This document shows, in pieces, positions 59,117-64,000 of a DNA stretch of 64,000 nt. Location: assembly GCA_965221795.1 (NCBI GenBank), contig OZ244914.1, positions 1,466,030 to 1,530,029 of the forward strand, given 5' to 3'. The notes beneath the pieces are model-generated. The model was not told the origin of the DNA and searched no databases. It was given only the letters and a program-made list of their open reading frames with translations. The DNA comes from Candidatus Poriferihabitaceae bacterium (GTDB lineage Bacteria > Pseudomonadota > Gammaproteobacteria > Arenicellales > Poriferihabitantaceae). The position numbers and the translations under genes were made by a program. The stretch's first letter is position 1. Every line of letters starts with the position of its first letter.

Positions 59117-60268
59117 ATGCTAGCTCCCCTCTCCAGCAAACTACCGAATGTGGGCACCACGATTTTTACCGTGATGTCCAAAATGGCTCAGGACTACGGT
59201 GCCATCAACCTATCCCAGGGATTTCCGGATTTTGAGCCGGATTCACGCTTGCTCGACCGCGTAACCTATCACCTTGCCCACGGCAAGAACCAGTATCCCC
59301 CGATGACCGGCCTGCCGGAACTACGTCAGGCGATTGCGGAAAAGCTACGACTGGAACGGGATGTGGTGATCAATGCGGACTCTGGCATTACCATCACCAG
59401 TGGTGCCACGGAGGCCCTGTTCTGTGCCATTCATGCAGCGGTCAGGCGGGAGGAGGAGGTGATCGTATTTGACCCGGCATACGATTCTTATGAGCCTGCC
59501 ATAACATTGGCCGGAGCCCGGACCCGGCATGTTCCACTCACTTTGCCGGATTACCGGATCGACCGGGACGCATTGGCGGAAGCATTGAATGACCGCACCC
59601 GGCTGGTCATCCTCAATAGCCCGCATAACCCCACCGCTACCACCGTGTCCGCAGCCGACCTGGACTGTCTGGCCGCCCTCCTTCGGCCCTTTGACTGCCG
59701 GGTCCTGTCCGATGAGGTCTATGAGCATATCGTCTTTGACGGCCGAGCACATCATAGTGTACTGGATCACCCGGAACTGAGAGAACGAAGCTTCGCCGTC
59801 TTTTCCTTCGGCAAAACCTACCATGCTACCGGCTGGAAAATCGGCTACTGTATCGCTCCCGAGAATCTCATGACCGAGTTCCGCAAGATTCATCAGTTCA
59901 ATGTATTCACAACTGTGACGCCGATGCAGTGGGCACTGGCCGATTTTGTGCGTGACGCACCGGAAACGTACCGAGGATTGTCTGCCTTTTATCAGGAAAA
60001 GCGGAATTTGTTCCAAGAACGCATGAAGGCCTCCCGATTTCAACTCCTGCCTTCTGCGGGCACCTACTTCCAACTGGCGGACTATAGTGCCATCTCCGAT
60101 CAGCCCGATATGGAATTCGCGAAATGGATCACAAAAGCAAAGGGGGTTGCCGTGATTCCACTCTCACCGTTTTATCGCGCTCCTCCAGCTACCCGAATTG
60201 TGCGCTTCTGTTTTGCCAAACAGAACGAAACCCTGGCCCGGGCAGCGGAAATACTCTGTACACTGTGA
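59117..60268 (+). CDS. ybdL: Class I/II PLP aminotransferase, YbdL-type (methionine/glutamine-oxoacid aminotransferase)
   Basis: Internal ATG of track ORF 58946..60268. ..TIFTVMSKMAQDYGAINLSQGFPDF..NQYPPMTGLPELR..LNSPHNPT..FSFGKTYHATGWKIGY.. Confidence 0.8.
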   Translation: MLAPLSSKLPNVGTTIFTVMSKMAQDYGAINLSQGFPDFEPDSRLLDRVTYHLAHGKNQYPPMTGLPELRQAIAEKLRLERDVVINADSGITITSGATEALFCAIHAAVRREEEVIVFDPAYDSYEPAITLAGARTRHVPLTLPDYRIDRDALAEALNDRTRLVILNSPHNPTATTVSAADLDCLAALLRPFDCRVLSDEVYEHIVFDGRAHHSVLDHPELRERSFAVFSFGKTYHATGWKIGYCIAPENLMTEFRKIHQFNVFTTVTPMQWALADFVRDAPETYRGLSAFYQEKRNLFQERMKASRFQLLPSAGTYFQLADYSAISDQPDMEFAKWITKAKGVAVIPLSPFYRAPPATRIVRFCFAKQNETLARAAEILCTL

Positions 60269-60270
60269 CG

Positions 60271-61053
60271 ATGACGCCTCTGCAAAGCATCGCCGTCAGT
60301 GTCATCCAGGATGATATCGACTGGCAGGACCCGGTTGCCGCTCGAAACCGGTACGACCGACACCTCCGGGCATTGGGAGACACGGATCTGGTGGTTCTGC
60401 CCGAGATGTTCAGCACCGGCTTTTACATGGAACCGTGGCATTGTTTCGAAACCATGGAAGGGGAAACCATTGCCTGGATGGCACAACGGGCCGAGCAGAG
60501 TGGTGCGGTGATTACCGGCAGTCTGGTGATGAAAGTAGACGGGGAATACCGAAATCGCATGATCTGGGCACGACCCGATCGCAGTATGGACTGGTATGAC
60601 AAGCGTCACCTGTTCCGTTATGGCGGCGAGCATCATCATTTTACAGCCGGAAGAGATCGGCGAGTGGTCATGCTGAAGGGCTGGCGTGTCGCCTTATTTG
60701 TCTGCTATGACCTGCGCTTTCCGGTTTTCTGTCGGAATACTGCCGACTACGATGTGGCACTTTATGTGGCCAACTGGCCGAACGCTCGCCAGTATGCTTG
60801 GGATACTCTTCTTCGAGCCCGGGCCATCGAAAACCAGTCCTATGTGGTCGGATGCAATCGTCTGGGGGTTGATCCAACCGGTAACTGTTTTTCAGGCGGC
60901 AGCGCGATTCTGGATTTTCTTGGCCAACCCATTGGGGATTGTGGGGACCGCCGAATGACTGCGACCCATCTGCTATCCGGGTCAGAACTGGCAAATTTTC
61001 GGGAGTATTTCCCGGCGATGCAGGATGCCGACCGATTCCTCATGGCAGATTGA
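60271..61053 (+). CDS. yafV: Nitrilase-superfamily omega-amidase, YafV-type
   Basis: Internal ATG of track ORF 60124..61053, starting 2 nt after the ybdL stop. ..DLVVLPEMFSTGF.., ..KRHLF.., ..VCYDLRFPV.. (Glu-Lys-Cys triad context). Confidence 0.8.
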   Translation: MTPLQSIAVSVIQDDIDWQDPVAARNRYDRHLRALGDTDLVVLPEMFSTGFYMEPWHCFETMEGETIAWMAQRAEQSGAVITGSLVMKVDGEYRNRMIWARPDRSMDWYDKRHLFRYGGEHHHFTAGRDRRVVMLKGWRVALFVCYDLRFPVFCRNTADYDVALYVANWPNARQYAWDTLLRARAIENQSYVVGCNRLGVDPTGNCFSGGSAILDFLGQPIGDCGDRRMTATHLLSGSELANFREYFPAMQDADRFLMAD

Positions 61054-61399
61054 TAAAATCCATGCGCAAATCAGATATTCTGGGTCAAACCGATTTTCCA
61101 AGCCTTGTTCCATGCACAAGAATAGCGACTTTTACAGTGTTTTTGGAGAAGTGGTTGCCACGACGTGTCCGCCAGAAAACCAGCCACCACCTTATAGTGG
61201 GCTATACTCTCACGTTCTATAGGCAGCACTCGTCACCAAAGCCTCCAGATCCAGAGCCCGTTAACACAATTTGCCTTGGATATGGTCTACTCCGTGCCGG
61301 TGGTTTTCAACGGGAACCGTGCGGAGGAACCGGTAGTCGAAGAACGACGTCTCGGGTCGCGTGCTCGCATCTCTGCAGCGGGAGCAGATGATTCGGGCG

Positions 61400-61700
61400 C
61401 GGGGTCGAGGCCCAAGACCTCGACCACACCCACATCAAGGTACCTCCCGACGGCATGGGGCTCGAACCGCGGCGACCTTCCGGCTTTCTCCCGACCACGC
61501 GCACGGCACCTCGGATGGGCGGAAGCTCTGGAAGCCGATAGAAAAGCCGTCGAACCGTCTCGTCCGGACCCCAGATCACGCCTATGAGGATGAGGAACCC
61601 GAGGACAGGCAACCCGTCTCGGTTTCCAGCCCGTGGTTCCCCCCCAAGAGCCACCGCGTCGCTCCCTGGGAATGACCGGAAACAGTACCGACGTCGTAAC
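61400..61700 (-). pseudogene. GC-rich relic, possibly the C-terminal end of an IS256-family transposase
   Basis: Minus frames read ..GWKPRRVACPRVPHPHRRDL.., then ..IGVIWGPDETVRRLFYRLPELPPIRGAVRVVGRKPEG.., then ..EPHAVGRYLDVGVVEVLG... These loosely track the IS256 tail (W....l.pff.fP.eiRr.iYTTNaiE.lN..lRrR.rvvg.FP.....w...RYl). Weak. Confidence 0.3.
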
Positions 61701-61804
61701 GAGGTCTCCCGCTTCGACCAGCGGGATACCCTGTTCCTTGGATTCGTCGTCTTTACGCTGATCGTCGAGGTATTATATAATGTTAACATATCTTGGACTG
61801 CTTG

Positions 61805-62554
61805 ATGAAATCACCTGACATACAAACATTCGAAGTCCTGACATTCGACTGTTACGGCACCCTGATTGATTGGGAAACCGGGATTTGGGACGCCCTTCAG
61901 CCACTCCTGATGACCAACCAGGCCTATCACATCGACTGCCCTCAGGGGTTAGAAGCTTTTGCGGAGATCCAAAATGCCCTTGAGCAACAAGTACCGGACC
62001 TTCCCTATCCTGAGGTATTGCGCATCACCCATCACCGGATCGCAGGACGGTTTGGCCTGCAAACGTCGGATGAGATGGATCAGACTTTTGGCGACGCGAT
62101 GATCCATTGGCCTGCTTTCATTGACACAGCGGATGCGCTACGAAGGCTTAAGAAACAGTACCGGCTGGTGATTCTTTCGAATGTACATCGGGATGGATTT
62201 GCCGCTTCCCAATGCAAGCTGGGAGTGGAATTTGATGCGGTCTATACTGCTCAGGATATCGGCAGCTACAAGCCCGACTATCGAAATTTTGAGTATATGC
62301 TGGAACAGCTCACCAAAGATTTCGGCACTTCCCGACAGGATATCCTACATACGGCCCAGAGCCTGATACATGATCACCAACCGGCACGGGCATTGGGTCT
62401 TGCCAATGCTTGGATTGACCGGAAATATCTCAAGGACGGTGGTAGCTGGGGTGCTACAGCCCGCCTGACAACCTGGCCGAAGTATGATTTTTATTTCAAC
62501 ACCATGAAAGAGATGGCGGATTTTGTGGAAGAATGTCGTCGAAGAGAATTGTGA
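61805..62554 (+). CDS. HAD-superfamily hydrolase, type II haloacid-dehalogenase-like
   Basis: Internal ATG of track ORF 61793..62554. ..LTFDCYGTLIDWE.. (DxYGT motif I), ..ILSNV.., ..YKPD.., ..HTAQSLIHD.. Confidence 0.8.
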   Translation: MKSPDIQTFEVLTFDCYGTLIDWETGIWDALQPLLMTNQAYHIDCPQGLEAFAEIQNALEQQVPDLPYPEVLRITHHRIAGRFGLQTSDEMDQTFGDAMIHWPAFIDTADALRRLKKQYRLVILSNVHRDGFAASQCKLGVEFDAVYTAQDIGSYKPDYRNFEYMLEQLTKDFGTSRQDILHTAQSLIHDHQPARALGLANAWIDRKYLKDGGSWGATARLTTWPKYDFYFNTMKEMADFVEECRRREL

Positions 62555-62752
62555 GCCGGGCAGTTTGCGTGATCTCTGCTTCCCGGAGTCGCTGGACACG
62601 TCTGAGCACGATGTTGACGCTGAATTTATATAAAGGCCTACCCCCATCAGAGTGTAACTGCGCAACAGTCACCGGATTGCATCGACTCTTCCACTGAACC
62701 CTGACGATTTTGCAGCAACCGTCATGGGGGGGCTCCATTCGGAGGAAATATC

Positions 62753-64000
62753 ATGAGACAGGATGGAGAGGGGGTTAGGTTGTCGGCAACGGATCTCATG
62801 CGGTTCACGGCATGTCCGCATGCGGTCCGGCTCGACCTTGCCTATCTTCAGGGCGAGGCCCTCGTTCCGATCGGGGACCGTGAGGAAACGGCCCTGCTGC
62901 AACGGCACGGGGACCGGCATGAACATGCGTATCTCCTGCAACTCGAAGCCGAAGGCCGGCAAGTGGTTCGGATCAATGCCGATGGCGTTTCCTTCGAGAA
63001 GGCGCTGGATTCCACCCGGACAGCCCTGCAGGCCGGAGCGGATATTATTTTCCAAGGTGCTCTTGCTGGTGGGATGTGGGGTGGATACGCGGACTTTCTC
63101 GTGTGCGTACCAGTCTCATCCGAACTGGGTGCATTCTCCTACGAGGTGGTAGATACCAAGCTCAAGCGCCAACCCGCCCCGAGCCACATCCTGCAACTGT
63201 TACTCTATTCGGTCCTGCTTACGGCTCTCCAGGGTCGGGCACCCGAATATGCCCATGTGCAACTCGGTACCGGGAAGCGGGCTAGTTTCCGGCTTTCGGA
63301 GTATGCCGACTATGCACACCTCTTGCATGATCGCCTCGAAAGATTTGTCCAGAATCCGCCCAATACGCGCCCGGTTCCTTGTTCGCTTTGCGAGCTCTGC
63401 TGCTGGCGAGCGCAGTGTGCCGCCGAATGGCAGGAAACGGACAGCCTCTATCTCACAGCCGGGATCACCAGGAGCCAGGTTGCCAAGCTGGAAAAGTTCG
63501 GCATTGAGACCATGGAGTCACTGGCCGGGCACGGGGGACGAGTACCCAAGCTGGCGGATTCAACGGTCGGAAAGCTGCGAACCCAGGCACGGCTACAGAC
63601 TGCCCGAAAGACCGGCGACCCCACCTATGAATTGCGTACTCATGTTCCCGGCAAGGGCTTCGACCTGTTGCCGTATCCGGATCCCGGGGATCTCTTCTAC
63701 GATATTGAGGGCGATCCTTTCTACACAGAGACCGGATCCGAGGGTCTCGAATATCTCCAAGGCATTTGGGATGGAAGGGCATTCACGGCCTTGTGGTCGC
63801 ATGATCTCGCGGAGGAAAAGAAGGCCCTGGCTGCCCTCATGGATCGGTTTGAAGAACGTCTTCGGCAATTTCCGGGTGGGCACATCTACCATTACGCCCC
63901 CTATGAGATCACTGCCCTTCGGAAGCTCACCACGCGGCATGGAGTGGGGGAAGCACAGCTGGACCGTTGGTTGCGGGAGCGGCGTTTCGTGGACCTGTTT
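62753..64000 (+). CDS. TM0106-family RecB-like nuclease (Cas4-like PD-(D/E)xK plus Cys cluster, then RNase-H-like domain); 3' end runs off the window
   Basis: Absent from the track (no stop in the window). My own translation from ATG 62753, with GGAGGA 7 nt upstream: MRQDGEGVRLSATDLMRFTACPHAVRLD..GYADFLV..YEVVDTKLKR..PCSLCELCCWRAQC..GITRSQVAKLEKFGIETMESLA..DLFYDIEGDPFY..HIYHYAPYE.. Confidence 0.75.
   Translation, partial: MRQDGEGVRLSATDLMRFTACPHAVRLDLAYLQGEALVPIGDREETALLQRHGDRHEHAYLLQLEAEGRQVVRINADGVSFEKALDSTRTALQAGADIIFQGALAGGMWGGYADFLVCVPVSSELGAFSYEVVDTKLKRQPAPSHILQLLLYSVLLTALQGRAPEYAHVQLGTGKRASFRLSEYADYAHLLHDRLERFVQNPPNTRPVPCSLCELCCWRAQCAAEWQETDSLYLTAGITRSQVAKLEKFGIETMESLAGHGGRVPKLADSTVGKLRTQARLQTARKTGDPTYELRTHVPGKGFDLLPYPDPGDLFYDIEGDPFYTETGSEGLEYLQGIWDGRAFTALWSHDLAEEKKALAALMDRFEERLRQFPGGHIYHYAPYEITALRKLTTRHGVGEAQLDRWLRERRFVDLF

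Noticed and set aside
61285-61335. Possible group II intron domain V-like hairpin (ctccgtgccggtggttttcaacgggaaccgtgcggag)
   Set aside because: Only the outer 5 bp pair. The inner arms do not form the conserved 34-nt domain V, and there is no reverse-transcriptase ORF.
61446-61470. gggctcgaaccgcggcgacc, resembling the reverse complement of a tRNA T-arm/acceptor
   Set aside because: The flanking stems are not complementary (ggggc versus gcggc), and the stretch lies inside the GC-rich IS256-like relic. Judged coincidental.

Overview
This 64-kb window reads like a gammaproteobacterial-type chromosome segment. It has three kinds of content.

(1) Conserved housekeeping genes. On the minus strand, mnmA lies upstream of a tightly packed purB / RluF-like / pyrD / MBL-hydrolase run. 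Also present are mutY-yggX, aat, xthA, ybdL-yafV-like genes, and a partial D-malate/tartrate dehydrogenase at the left edge.

(2) Metabolic and transport clusters.
- 10.4-15.5 kb: a DddP-like M24 enzyme, a UMF1 MFS transporter and a fused ComDE-type sulfopyruvate/phosphonopyruvate decarboxylase.
- 20.2-33.9 kb: an uncharacterised island holding an FAH-family protein, an amidohydrolase, a DMFase-large-subunit-like protein, a tandem-fused family III CoA-transferase, a 795-aa HxH protein, a leaderless PBP-like protein, a Crp/Fnr regulator and TctCBA.
- 52.2-57.5 kb: a TauT/NitT-type ABC transporter whose permease carries a roughly 430-residue N-terminal extension, plus an FAD oxidoreductase.

(3) Two accessory patches, about 1.3-10.4 kb and 15.5-18.7 kb. 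They are packed with GC-rich relics of transposases that I assign to about nine IS families (IS110, IS66, IS1595, IS1634-like, two IS5 types, IS21, a DUF4338/ISAs1-like composite, IS256-like). Between the relics are ParDE and an AbiE (AbiEi/AbiEii) pair, both apparently intact, and several dead genes:
- a ParE/RelE-like toxin relic;
- a 124-codon ORF with one in-frame TGA;
- an 87-codon membrane-anchor gene split by an IS5 copy with perfect IRs and a TTCT target duplication;
- the first 39 codons of a McrA/HNH-like restriction gene.

I found no rRNA, convincing tRNA or CRISPR array. My best candidates for undescribed biology are the 20-34 kb island (especially the fused CoA-transferase plus the 795-aa HxH protein) and the decayed three-gene module at 8.2-10.3 kb. 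All family assignments come from reading translations by eye and need database confirmation.
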